Source: Gemmatimonadales bacterium (GTDB taxonomy: Bacteria > Gemmatimonadota > Gemmatimonadetes > Gemmatimonadales > GWC2-71-9). From it: a stretch of DNA of 64,000 bases. The notes beneath the pieces are model-generated. The model saw only the letters and a list, made by a program, of their open reading frames with translations, was not told the DNA's origin and made no database searches. The DNA lies in NCBI GenBank assembly GCA_037189525.1, contig JBBCJC010000001.1, positions 160,001-224,000 of the forward strand, read 5' to 3'. A program made the position numbers and the translations under genes. Below, in pieces: positions 28,411 through 37,854 of this stretch (position 1 is the first letter of the stretch; every line of letters starts with the position of its first letter).

Positions 28411-29966
28411 CCAAGATTTTCGTCCCCGGCGATTCGGGCGCCCTCTCGGTCGGTGCGGAGGAAGTGGCCTGGACGGTGGCCCGCGAGGCCGCGATTCGGG
28501 ACATTCCGATTTCGCTGGTCCGGAACGGATCGCGCGGCCTCTACTGGCTCGAGCCGATGGTCGAAGTCGAGACGACGGCCGGCCGGGTGGCTTACGGCCC
28601 GGTCACCGGCGACGATGTGCCCGGACTGTTCGACGCCGGTTTCCATCTCGGTCAGCCGCATCGTCTCTCGCTCGGCCGGCCGGAGTCGATTCCCTATCTC
28701 GCGCGACAGGAGCGGTTGACCACGGCCCTGGTCGGGGTGATCGATCCGCGGTCGATTGCCGACTATGTCGCACACGGCGGCTACCAGGGGCTCGGCCGCG
28801 CTGCGCAGCTTGCGCCTTCCGAAATCGTCGAGACGGTGATCCGTTCCGGCCTGCGAGGGCGCGGCGGTGCGGCTTTCCCGACGGGAATCAAGTGGAAGAC
28901 AGCTGCGCAGGCGGAGACGGATCAGAAGTACATCGTCTGCAACGCCGACGAGGGCGACTCCGGCACTTTCTCGGATCGGATGATCATGGAGGGCGACCCC
29001 TTCGTGCTGCTCGAAGGGATGACCATCGCCGGCCTGGCCGTCGGAGCGACCAAGGGTTTCATCTACCTGCGTTCGGAATACCCGCATGCGCGGCTGGCGC
29101 TGGAAGCCGCGATTCGCGCCGCCGAGGAGTACGGGTACCTGGGCGCCGACGTGGCGGGCTCAGGCCGACGTTTCGAAATCGAGGTGCGGATGGGCGCAGG
29201 CGCCTACATCTGCGGCGAAGAAACGGCCCTGCTCGAAAGCCTCGAAGGCAAGCGCGGAATGGTTCGCTTCAAGCCGCCGCTCCCGGCAATCAAAGGCCTC
29301 TTCGGCAAACCGACGATCATCAACAACGTGATCACCTTGGCCTCGGTACCGATCATTCTCGATCGCGGGGCGGAGTTTTATCGCGACTACGGCCAGGGCC
29401 GCTCCCAAGGCACCCTGCCGATCCAGCTGGCCGGTAACATCAAGCATGGCGGGCTGGTCGAGAAGGCCTTCGGCATCACGCTCCGCGAATTGCTCTACGA
29501 CTTCGGCGGCGGCAGCCGTTCCGGACGGCCGATTCGCGCGGTGCAGGTCGGCGGGCCGCTGGGGCCGTTCATGCCCGAATCGCAGTTCGACACGCCGGTC
29601 GACTATGAGGCGTTCAGCGCGGTCGGGGCCATGGTGGGACACGGTGGCATCGTGGTGTTCGACGATACGGTCGACATGGCGGCGATGGCACGATATGCGC
29701 TCGAGTTCTGCGCCATCGAGTCGTGCGGCAAGTGCACCCCGTGCCGGATCGGTTCGACCCGCGGCGTCGAAGTGATCGACCGGATCGTGCGCAACGAGCG
29801 GCGCGAGGAAAACGCCGAGCTGTTGCGCGATCTCTGTGAAACGATGGTGAGCGGTTCGCTGTGCGCCCTGGGCGGGATGGCCCCGTACCCGGTGCAGAGC
29901 GCCCTGCAGCATTTCCCGGAAGATTTCGGCCTCGAAGCCCTGGCGGCGACAGGCCGGAGCGTTTGA
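28407..29966 (+). CDS. fdsB: Formate dehydrogenase beta subunit (NuoF-like)
   Basis: GLRGRGGAAFPTG, NADEGDSG, GAGAYICGEE, ESCGKCTPCR. Confidence 0.95.
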   Translation: MTKIFVPGDSGALSVGAEEVAWTVAREAAIRDIPISLVRNGSRGLYWLEPMVEVETTAGRVAYGPVTGDDVPGLFDAGFHLGQPHRLSLGRPESIPYLARQERLTTALVGVIDPRSIADYVAHGGYQGLGRAAQLAPSEIVETVIRSGLRGRGGAAFPTGIKWKTAAQAETDQKYIVCNADEGDSGTFSDRMIMEGDPFVLLEGMTIAGLAVGATKGFIYLRSEYPHARLALEAAIRAAEEYGYLGADVAGSGRRFEIEVRMGAGAYICGEETALLESLEGKRGMVRFKPPLPAIKGLFGKPTIINNVITLASVPIILDRGAEFYRDYGQGRSQGTLPIQLAGNIKHGGLVEKAFGITLRELLYDFGGGSRSGRPIRAVQVGGPLGPFMPESQFDTPVDYEAFSAVGAMVGHGGIVVFDDTVDMAAMARYALEFCAIESCGKCTPCRIGSTRGVEVIDRIVRNERREENAELLRDLCETMVSGSLCALGGMAPYPVQSALQHFPEDFGLEALAATGRSV

Positions 29967-29979
29967 CGCGGAGTCCGTT

Positions 29980-32823
29980 ATGACTGCGATCCACGAAATC
30001 GACTACGGTACACCGGCTCGCGAAGGCGCGCAGGCCGTGACCCTGACCATCGACGGCGTGCCGGTCACCGTACCGGAAGGCACCTCGGTAATGCGCGCCG
30101 CCATCACGGCCGGCGTCGGGATTCCGAAGCTATGCGCCACCGACAGCCTGGAGGCGTTCGGATCGTGCCGGCTCTGTCTGGTGCAGATCGAAGGGCGCCG
30201 CGGCTTCCCGGCCTCGTGCACCACGCCGGTCGAGCCCGGGATGAAGGTGACGACACAGAACCAGCAGATCGGCAAGCTGCGGCGCGGGGTGATGGAACTG
30301 TACATCTCCGACCATCCGCTCGACTGCCTCACCTGCGCCGCCAACGGCGACTGCGAACTCCAGGACGTGGCGGGCGAAGTCGGGCTGCGCGAGGTGCGTT
30401 ACGGCTATGAAGGCGCCAATCATCTGAAGGCGGAAAAGGACACCTCCAATTCGTACTTCACCTTCGACCCCAGTAAATGCATCGTCTGTTCGCGGTGCGT
30501 CCGCGCGTGTGAGGACATCCAGGGCACCTTTGCGCTGACGATTTCCGGACGCGGCTTCGATTCGGTCGTCTCGCCGGGTCAGCTCGGCACCTTCATGGAG
30601 TCGGAGTGCGTCTCCTGCGGCGCGTGTGTGCAGGCCTGCCCCACCGCGACCCTGATGGAGAACACGGTCATCGAAGCCGGTACGCCCAGTCACTCGGTCA
30701 TCACGACCTGCGGCTATTGCGGCGTCGGCTGCGCCTTCGAAGCGGAGATGAAGGGCAGCGAGGTGGTGCGGATGACGCCATACAAGGACGGCCAGGCCAA
30801 CCACGGGCATTCCTGCGTCAAGGGCCGGTTTGCCTGGGGGTATGCGACCCACCCGGACCGGATCACCAAGCCGATGATTCGCCACTCGATCAGCGATCCG
30901 TGGCGCGAGGTTTCCTGGGAAGAGGCCATCGGGTACGCGGCGTCCGAGTTCAAGCGGATCCAGGCCAAGTATGGTCGTGGCGCGGTAGGAGCGATTTCCT
31001 CCTCGCGCTGCAGCAACGAAGAAACCTATCTGATGCAGAAGCTGGTGCGCACGGCGTTCGGCAACAACAATATCGATACCTGCGCACGGGTCTGCCATTC
31101 ACCGACCGGCTACGGCCTCAAGCAGACGCTGGGTGAGTCGGCCGGGACCCAGAACTTCGACTCGGTGCGCACGGCCGACGTGATTTTCGTCATCGGCGCC
31201 AATCCGACCGATGCCCATCCGGTCTTCGCGTCGTACATGAAGCGGCGGATCCGCGAAGGGGCTCGCCTGATCGTGGCCGACCCGCGCCGGATCGACCTGG
31301 TGCGGTCGGCGCATGTCGAGGCGGATTACCATCTCAAGCTGCGTCCCGGCACCAACGTGGCGCTGCTCAGCTCCCTGGCGCACGTCATCGTCACCGAAGG
31401 ACTGGTACAGGAAGCGTTCGTGGCCGAGCGGTGCGACCCGGCCAGCTTCGAGGCGTGGCGAGCGTTCGTGGCCAAGCCGGAAAACTCCCCTGAGGCGATG
31501 GAAGCGGTGACCGGCGTTTCCGCTGCCGACGTGCGCGGCGCCGCGCGGCTCTATGCGACCGGCGGCAACGCCGCGATTTACTACGGGCTGGGCGTCACGG
31601 AACACAGCCAGGGTTCGACGGCGGTCATCGGCATCGCCAACCTCGCCATGGCCACGGGCAACGTGGGTCGCGAGGGGGTCGGGGTCAATCCGCTTCGGGG
31701 GCAGAACAATGTCCAGGGTTCCTGCGACATGGGGTCCTTCCCGCACGAGTTGCCCGGCTACCGTCATGTACTGGACGACACGGTCCGCTCGAGCTTCGAA
31801 TCGGCCTGGGGCATCAGCCTCGACCCCGAGCCCGGCCTTCGGATTCCGAACATGTTCGCGGCGTCGATCGACGGCTCATTCAAGGGCCTCTATCTCGAGG
31901 GTGAGGACATTGCGCAGTCCGATCCGAACACCCAGCATGTCACCGCCGCGCTCACCGCGATGGAATGCATCGTGGTGCAGGACCTCTTTCTGAACGAGAC
32001 GGCCAAGTTCGCGCATGTGTTCCTGCCCGGATCGTCGTTCCTGGAAAAGAACGGGACCTTCACGAATGCTGAGCGGCGTATTTCCCGCGTCCGGAAGGTC
32101 ACCGAACCGCCGGCCGGCAAGGAAGACTGGGAGATCACAGTCATGCTGGCCAACGCGCTCGGCTATCCGATGCACTACGACCATCCGTCCGAGATCATGG
32201 ACGAGATTGCCCGGCTGACGCCGACCTTTACCGGTGTCAGCTATGAGAGGATCGACGAGCTGGGCAGCATCCAGTGGCCCTGCAACGACGCCAGCCCGGA
32301 GGGTACACCGACCATGCACATCGATCAGTTCGTGCGTGGCAAGGGCCGGTTCCTGATTACCGAGTACGTACCGACCGCCGAAAAGGTCAACCGGAAGTAC
32401 CCGCTGATCCTGACGACCGGGCGGATCCTGTCGCAGTACAACGTCGGGGCGCAGACCCGGCGGACGCATAACGTCGACTGGCATGAGGAAGACCGGCTCG
32501 AAATCCATCCGCACGATGCGGAAGAGCGCGGCATCCGCGAGGGCGACTGGGTCGGGATCGTGAGCCGCGCCGGCGAGACGACGCAGCGGGCCACCATTAC
32601 CGAACGGGTGCAGCCGGGAGTGGTCTACACCACCTTCCACCACCCGGAGTCGGGCGCCAACGTGATCACAACCGAGAATTCGGACTGGGCCACCAACTGT
32701 CCCGAGTACAAGGTCACGGCGGTGCAAGTGATGCCGGTGTTCCGGTCGTCGGAATGGCAGAATCGGTTCAAGCAGTTCACGGAAGAGCAGCTGGCGCTGC
32801 TCGAACAGCGGATTACTTCATGA
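29980..32823 (+). CDS. fdsA: Formate dehydrogenase alpha subunit (Mo-bisPGD, Cys ligand)
   Basis: N-terminal Fe-S motifs, CGYCGVGC, DTCARVCH, LRGQNNVQG. Confidence 0.96.
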   Translation: MTAIHEIDYGTPAREGAQAVTLTIDGVPVTVPEGTSVMRAAITAGVGIPKLCATDSLEAFGSCRLCLVQIEGRRGFPASCTTPVEPGMKVTTQNQQIGKLRRGVMELYISDHPLDCLTCAANGDCELQDVAGEVGLREVRYGYEGANHLKAEKDTSNSYFTFDPSKCIVCSRCVRACEDIQGTFALTISGRGFDSVVSPGQLGTFMESECVSCGACVQACPTATLMENTVIEAGTPSHSVITTCGYCGVGCAFEAEMKGSEVVRMTPYKDGQANHGHSCVKGRFAWGYATHPDRITKPMIRHSISDPWREVSWEEAIGYAASEFKRIQAKYGRGAVGAISSSRCSNEETYLMQKLVRTAFGNNNIDTCARVCHSPTGYGLKQTLGESAGTQNFDSVRTADVIFVIGANPTDAHPVFASYMKRRIREGARLIVADPRRIDLVRSAHVEADYHLKLRPGTNVALLSSLAHVIVTEGLVQEAFVAERCDPASFEAWRAFVAKPENSPEAMEAVTGVSAADVRGAARLYATGGNAAIYYGLGVTEHSQGSTAVIGIANLAMATGNVGREGVGVNPLRGQNNVQGSCDMGSFPHELPGYRHVLDDTVRSSFESAWGISLDPEPGLRIPNMFAASIDGSFKGLYLEGEDIAQSDPNTQHVTAALTAMECIVVQDLFLNETAKFAHVFLPGSSFLEKNGTFTNAERRISRVRKVTEPPAGKEDWEITVMLANALGYPMHYDHPSEIMDEIARLTPTFTGVSYERIDELGSIQWPCNDASPEGTPTMHIDQFVRGKGRFLITEYVPTAEKVNRKYPLILTTGRILSQYNVGAQTRRTHNVDWHEEDRLEIHPHDAEERGIREGDWVGIVSRAGETTQRATITERVQPGVVYTTFHHPESGANVITTENSDWATNCPEYKVTAVQVMPVFRSSEWQNRFKQFTEEQLALLEQRITS

Positions 32824-33068
32824 ATAGCATCGAGGAACTGATCCGGATGGCCAATCAGATCGGGCAGTTTCATCAGAGCTTTCCCGATCGGGCCGAAGGA
32901 CTGAACGGAACAGCGATGCACATTCGGCGGTTCTGGGATCCGCGAATGCGGCGGGCGCTACTTGCGCATATCGATGAGGCGGGCGGAGCCGGCCTCGACG
33001 AGATCGTCCTGGAGGCGATTCGTTCGTACCGGCAGGAGCTATTCCCTCCGGAGCAACCGGTGACGTAG
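32820..33068 (+). CDS. fdsD: Formate dehydrogenase delta subunit
   Basis: LIRMANQIGQF...HIRRFWDPRMR; ATGA overlap with fdsA. Confidence 0.92.
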   Translation: MNSIEELIRMANQIGQFHQSFPDRAEGLNGTAMHIRRFWDPRMRRALLAHIDEAGGAGLDEIVLEAIRSYRQELFPPEQPVT

Positions 33069-33206
33069 TGCCCCTCCCGTTCCGAAGACGGGCAGGCTTC
33101 GCGTTTCGGCACCCCCATACGACACCGAGCATCTCATTTACCTCATCGATCCCAGTGTTTTGTCCCGGTTGTGCCTCGCCAATCGAGGGAGGATCACCCG
33201 CATTCG

Positions 33207-33488
33207 TTAATCCCACGCGGACACACGACCCAGCCACTCGATCAGAAGGTCGAGTCTGTCCCCGTACGGAGTGAGCTCCGAGTCTTCATCCAGACCACCG
33301 CTCTCCAGCATCTCATCCGACACGAATGACCGCAGGTCCTCACGCTCGGATGGCGTCAACATCCTGTGCCAGATTGCCTTCGCAAGAGGCTCGAGGTGGG
33401 GCGCACGCCGTCCAAGAACGTGCATCAAGAGATCCATCTCGAGAGCACCGTCCCATTCTTGGGGCCAATGCGACGGGTGCGGTTTCAC
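33207..33488 (-). CDS. Small acidic hypothetical protein
   Basis: GGGAG RBS before the GTG; LTPSEREDLRSFVSDEMLESGGLDEDSELTPYGDRLDLLIEWL. Confidence 0.55.
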   Translation of the reverse strand: MKPHPSHWPQEWDGALEMDLLMHVLGRRAPHLEPLAKAIWHRMLTPSEREDLRSFVSDEMLESGGLDEDSELTPYGDRLDLLIEWLGRVSAWD

Positions 33489-33516
33489 CGACGTACTCCC
33501 GCACCACGACAGGAAA

Positions 33517-34803
33517 TCATTCGGGCCGATCCAGTTCCTCGATCGTTGCGGTGGATGCGGGCCGGCTCTGTCTGAGCCTGATCGCCACCTGCTCCGCGCC
33601 CCGCATGGCGCGGAGGACGTTCAGGCCAAGCACTTTCTTCACGTCCTCGTCGCTCCAGCCACGCCGGAGCAGCTCGGCCGTCAGATAGGGATACCGCGTC
33701 ACATCATCCAGCCCGATGGGATGCTGCCCCAGACCGGCGTAGTCTGCGCCGATGCCGACATGATCAACGCCCGCCACTTTACGAACGTGTTCGACATGGT
33801 CGGCCACCTGCGCCAGCGTGGCATCGTTGGTCCGGAAATTCCGAATCCAGGCTCCGAACGCCTCGCCCGCAGCTTTCGGATCATTGGGGAACTGGGCCTT
33901 GAACTCACGTTCCTTCTGCAGCACCCCGGCGGCCTCACGCGCAGCTTGCGGGTCGATGAAGCCGGGGAAGAAGTTGATCATCACCACACCCCCGTTCGCA
34001 GGAAGCCGGGCAAGAATGCTGTCCGGTACGTTCCGGACGTGATCGGCCAGCGCCCGCGCCGACGAATGACTGAAGATGACCGGTGCTTCGGACACGCGAA
34101 GCGCATCCGACATGGTCCCGTCCGACACATGGGAAAGATCGACCAGCATCCCGAGCCGGTTCATCTCGCGGACCACCTCTTCACCGAACCGGGTGAGCCC
34201 GCCGTGACGCGCCTCATCGGTGGCGGCATCGGCCCAGGGCGTCGTGGCACCGTGCGTCAGGGTCATGTACCGCACACCCAGCGTATGGAACTGCCGCAGC
34301 GCCGGCAGCGAGTTCTCGATCGCATGGCCGCCCTCGATGCCGATCAGGGATGCGATCTTGCCCTCTTTGTGAATCCGTACGATCTCATCCGCCGTCACCG
34401 CAAACTCGAGCGACGGTGATCGCGCTACCATCCGCCGGATCGCATCGATCTGCTGTAAAGCGAAGATCCCGGCCCCCTGCCCCATCAGCGACGACGGTAC
34501 GTACGCCGACCAGAACTGCCCACCAACCAGGCCGGTCCGCAACCGCGGAATATCCGTATCGAGGTCGGGCAGGCCCTTGTCCGGATCGAAGTGCTCGAAG
34601 CTGCCCTTCCCGGTCGACAGCACCGCCGACGACAGATCATTGTGCCCGTCGATGAGCGGTACCTCCCGGTGGAACTGGCGGGCCCGTTCGAGCAGCGTGG
34701 TATCGGCAGGTAGCTTGGTACAGCCGGCAAGGGCGCCGCTCAACAGAACGACGCCGGCAACGAGCGCAGCCGAAGGAACAAGACGGGACCGCAACGATGA
34801 CAT
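33517..34803 (-). CDS. M19 membrane dipeptidase, lipoprotein (copy 1)
   Basis: Lipobox LAGC, DGHND, GIEGGH, VDLSH, FSHS, VGIGAD. Confidence 0.93.
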   Translation of the reverse strand: MSSLRSRLVPSAALVAGVVLLSGALAGCTKLPADTTLLERARQFHREVPLIDGHNDLSSAVLSTGKGSFEHFDPDKGLPDLDTDIPRLRTGLVGGQFWSAYVPSSLMGQGAGIFALQQIDAIRRMVARSPSLEFAVTADEIVRIHKEGKIASLIGIEGGHAIENSLPALRQFHTLGVRYMTLTHGATTPWADAATDEARHGGLTRFGEEVVREMNRLGMLVDLSHVSDGTMSDALRVSEAPVIFSHSSARALADHVRNVPDSILARLPANGGVVMINFFPGFIDPQAAREAAGVLQKEREFKAQFPNDPKAAGEAFGAWIRNFRTNDATLAQVADHVEHVRKVAGVDHVGIGADYAGLGQHPIGLDDVTRYPYLTAELLRRGWSDEDVKKVLGLNVLRAMRGAEQVAIRLRQSRPASTATIEELDRPE

Positions 34804-34887
34804 GGACACTCCTCTGACCGTACGCAGAGTGGAGCACTTCGACGGGAACGTCACTCCTTCGGTTGCAGCATCCGCTGGAACCACCTG

Positions 34888-36165
34888 CTACGGCCGCGAT
34901 CCGGTAGCGCCGTCCAACTCCTCGATAGTCGCAGCCGAGGCCGGGCGACTCTGCCGCAGCGTGGCTGCAGTCTGCTCGACGCTCCGCATCACCCGCAACA
35001 GGTTGAGTCCGATCACCTTCTTGACATCGTCGTCGTTCCAGCCGCGCCGCAGCAACTCCGCCGACAGATACGGATAACGGCTCACGTTCTCGAGCCCGAT
35101 CGGATGCTGGCCCAGACTCGCATAGTCGGCGCCGAGTCCGACGTGGTCGACCCCGGCCACCTTGGTGATATGCTCGATATGATCGGCGACCTGCGCCAGC
35201 GTGGCGTCGTTGGTGCGGAAATTCCGGATGTAGGTCGCGAACTCGGCGGCGGCAGCGTTAGGGTCGTTGGGATGTTTGGCCTTGATTTCCCGCTCCATCT
35301 GCAAGACGCCAGCAGCCTCCTGGGCCGCCTGCGGATCGAGGAAGCCGGGGAAGAAGTTGATCATCACCACCCCGCCGTTCTTGGCCACCTGGGTCAGGAT
35401 GCTGTCGGGCACGTTCCGGACGTGATCCGCCAGCGCGCGCGCCGAGGAGTGGCTGAAGATGACCGGCGCCTCGGAAACCCGCAGCGCGTCGGACATGGTG
35501 GCATCCGACACGTGCGAGAGATCGACCATCATGCCGATCCGGTTCATCTCGCGCACCACTTCCTCACCGAAGCGCGAGAGCCCGCCGTGGGTGGCAACGT
35601 CGGTCGCGGCATCGGCCCAGGGGATCGTGGCGCTGTGGGTGAGTGTCAAGTACCGGACACCCAGCTCATGGAACATCCGCAGCACGGCCAGCGAGTTGTC
35701 GATCGAATGCCCACCCTCGATCCCGATCAGCGAGGCGATCTTGCCGGTCTTGTGAATCCGGACGATATCATCGGCGGTCGTGGCATACTCGAGCGTGGGC
35801 GACCGCTCGATCATCCGGTGGATCAGATCGATCTGCCCGAGCGTCGGCATCGCGGCCCCATGCTCCATGAAGAGCGACGGGACGTAGGCCGCCCAGAACT
35901 GTCCTCCGACGAGTCCTTCCTTGAGTCGCGGCACATCCGTATCGATCGACGGCAACGACTGATCCGGATCGAACCGCTCGAACTGTCCGCCCCCCTCGGC
36001 GAAGACGACCCACGGAAGATCGTTGTGGGTGTCGACCATGGGGACTTCCTGATGGAGCCGCCGCGCGCGCTCCAGATAATCACCGGAGTCCGCTTGCTTG
36101 GCACAAGAGGCGGAGAGGATGGCAAGCAGCAGAACGGCGGACTGGCGAATCAGACGCACGGGCAT
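34888..36165 (-). CDS. M19 membrane dipeptidase, lipoprotein (copy 2)
   Basis: Lipobox SASC, DTHND, GIEGGH, VDLSH, FSHS, VGLGAD. Confidence 0.93.
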   Translation of the reverse strand: MPVRLIRQSAVLLLAILSASCAKQADSGDYLERARRLHQEVPMVDTHNDLPWVVFAEGGGQFERFDPDQSLPSIDTDVPRLKEGLVGGQFWAAYVPSLFMEHGAAMPTLGQIDLIHRMIERSPTLEYATTADDIVRIHKTGKIASLIGIEGGHSIDNSLAVLRMFHELGVRYLTLTHSATIPWADAATDVATHGGLSRFGEEVVREMNRIGMMVDLSHVSDATMSDALRVSEAPVIFSHSSARALADHVRNVPDSILTQVAKNGGVVMINFFPGFLDPQAAQEAAGVLQMEREIKAKHPNDPNAAAAEFATYIRNFRTNDATLAQVADHIEHITKVAGVDHVGLGADYASLGQHPIGLENVSRYPYLSAELLRRGWNDDDVKKVIGLNLLRVMRSVEQTAATLRQSRPASAATIEELDGATGSRP

Positions 36166-36277
36166 GCCTCGTCGGAATGACTGGGAGATGTCGGAGAACG
36201 GCGCCTGACGCTAGCACCTTCCCGGAATCAGGGCAAGAGATTTGGCACTGGGCGACAACGGCGTGCCGCTCCCGGAA

Positions 36278-36291
36278 CCGAACCGGTTCGG
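36278..36291. promoter_or_regulatory. Perfect 14-bp palindrome next to a TATCCT -10-like hexamer
   Basis: CCGAACCGGTTCGG followed by C-TATCCT, upstream of the 36325 ORF. Confidence 0.45.
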
Positions 36292-36324
36292 CTATCCTGC
36301 CAGGCATTCGACCCGGAGCGCCCC

Positions 36325-36642
36325 GTGAACGACATCCCGTTGGCCTGTACCCTCTCCAGCCCCGAGCTGCAGCGACGGAAATCCGGACTGCTCGCCTCGG
36401 TGCGACAACGCGCGGACCGGGCCACGGCACAGCCGAACGGTCTCGAACTCACCTTTGTTCACGACGAGGCCTTGCTGGCGGATCTGCTGGAACTGGTCCG
36501 GCTCGAAGCCCAGTGCTGCCCGTTCCTCCGCTTCGACCTGCGGGTGGGACCGCGCCCCGAACCCTGCCGCCTGATCGTCAGCGGTCCTCCCGGCACGACA
36601 GACTTTCTCGACGGATGGGGATGGCACCCCGACGCAAGCTAG
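36325..36642 (+). CDS. Small Cys-motif protein (LACTL...CCPF), possibly metal-binding
   Basis: IPLACTL, EAQCCPFLRF; GGAG RBS. Confidence 0.75.
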   Translation: MNDIPLACTLSSPELQRRKSGLLASVRQRADRATAQPNGLELTFVHDEALLADLLELVRLEAQCCPFLRFDLRVGPRPEPCRLIVSGPPGTTDFLDGWGWHPDAS

Positions 36643-37032
36643 CTACGCATATTGGGGCGATGCGGACGGCTGCCGATCAAAGACCAGAAACGCGAGACCC
36701 ACTCCCAGCACGAGGCTGCCCGCCAGAAGGAAGGGAAAGATCAACGCCATCGACCAGTAACGACCGGCCACCCTCCAGCGCAGCAAGCGGCTATGGAATT
36801 CGGCCAGAGTGCCTTCGTCGCGAGTCGCCAGCACGGCGAGATAGGCCGCGATGGTCGGCCCGAATCCGCCCAGCATGTAGAGCGACATGAAGAGCGGCTC
36901 GCCGAACGCGGAGACGCCCGCGCGAGCGATCCAGACGAGCCCCCACCAGGCGCCCCAGGTGATTGCAAAGGTCGCCGCGAGGTAAACCCAGACTCGGCGG
37001 TTGGAGCCGGCAACGGGAGCAAAAGCAGTCAT
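36643..37032 (-). pseudogene. Internally deleted CPBP/Abi (CAAX protease-like) membrane protein
   Basis: Typical N-terminus (YLAATFAITW, GGFGPTIAA, LLRWRVAGRYW), but no EExxxR/FxxxH catalytic core in 129 aa. Confidence 0.55.
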
Positions 37033-37064
37033 TGCGCCAACAATAGCACCAAAACGCCGGCGCC

Positions 37065-37092
37065 TTGATTTTCGGTTTTTCTTCGGTATCCT
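37065..37092 (+). promoter_or_regulatory. Mutasome promoter with a direct repeat in the spacer (candidate SOS box)
   Basis: TTGATT-16 bp-TATCCT; spacer TTCGG-TTTTTC-TTCGG (11-bp period). Confidence 0.5.
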
Positions 37093-37122
37093 CTTGTCGT
37101 CGCCTCCTGGAGCCCCACCGAA

Positions 37123-37854
37123 ATGGCCAGTTCAGCCGCCACCGCCCTGGCCTCCGTGCCGGCGGATCGGCGTACCAGCCATCTCCGGGCCATCCTGGCG
37201 GCGCGGTTCCCGGACGCCCTGCCGCTTCCGGAGCAGACCAGGCCGAGCCTGGCAACCGGGGTGGCGGCGCTCGACCAGATCCTGCCCAACGGGGGGCTGC
37301 CTCGGGGTCGCGTCTCGGTCTGGTCGGCCGGCTCCGGCGGGGCCACTGCCCTCCTCCGGGCCAGTTGCGACCACCTGTTGGCCCGAGGAGAGCGAGTGGC
37401 CTGGGTCGACGGACGGCGGACTCTGGGCCCGGCCTGGGCGGATGGACCGACCGTGATCCGGCCGGCCAATGACGCCCTGGCACTCAAGGCAGCCGAAATC
37501 CTGGTGCGCTCGGGAGGGTTCCCCCTGGTCGTCCTGACCGGCATCGACCCCCAACCCGGGGAGATGCTCCGGCTCTCCCGAATGGTACACGAAGGCCAGG
37601 GCGTCCTGGTGGCGCTCTCCGAACGAACCCAGGGCGCCACGCTCAAGCTCCGTTCCCGGTTTCTCCCGAGCCGGTTCCAGTGGGCGCTGGACCCGTTCGG
37701 CGAGCCGGCCAGGCTCGATCGGATGGGATTGGAAATCCGCGCGACCACACCGGGCTGGTCGCGCACCGTCATCCTCACACTCGAGGTCGTCTCGCATGAG
37801 CTTCGCCTGTCTTTGGACCCCGCGCTGGCCGACCGACGCGGCCAGCTCGGCTGA
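37123..37854 (+). CDS. imuA: ImuA-like RecA-fold mutasome protein
   Basis: LATGVAALDQILPNGGLPRG, degenerate Walker A (GSGGATAL), VAWVD; precedes imuB. Confidence 0.8.
   Translation: MASSAATALASVPADRRTSHLRAILAARFPDALPLPEQTRPSLATGVAALDQILPNGGLPRGRVSVWSAGSGGATALLRASCDHLLARGERVAWVDGRRTLGPAWADGPTVIRPANDALALKAAEILVRSGGFPLVVLTGIDPQPGEMLRLSRMVHEGQGVLVALSERTQGATLKLRSRFLPSRFQWALDPFGEPARLDRMGLEIRATTPGWSRTVILTLEVVSHELRLSLDPALADRRGQLG

Noticed and set aside
31075..31105. Selenocysteine recoding in FdsA
   Set aside because: The ligand motif CARVCH uses TGC codons and there is no in-frame TGA
37796..37854. 59-bp imuA/imuB overlap as programmed recoding
   Set aside because: Both genes have plausible starts and stops, and overlaps are common in mutasome cassettes
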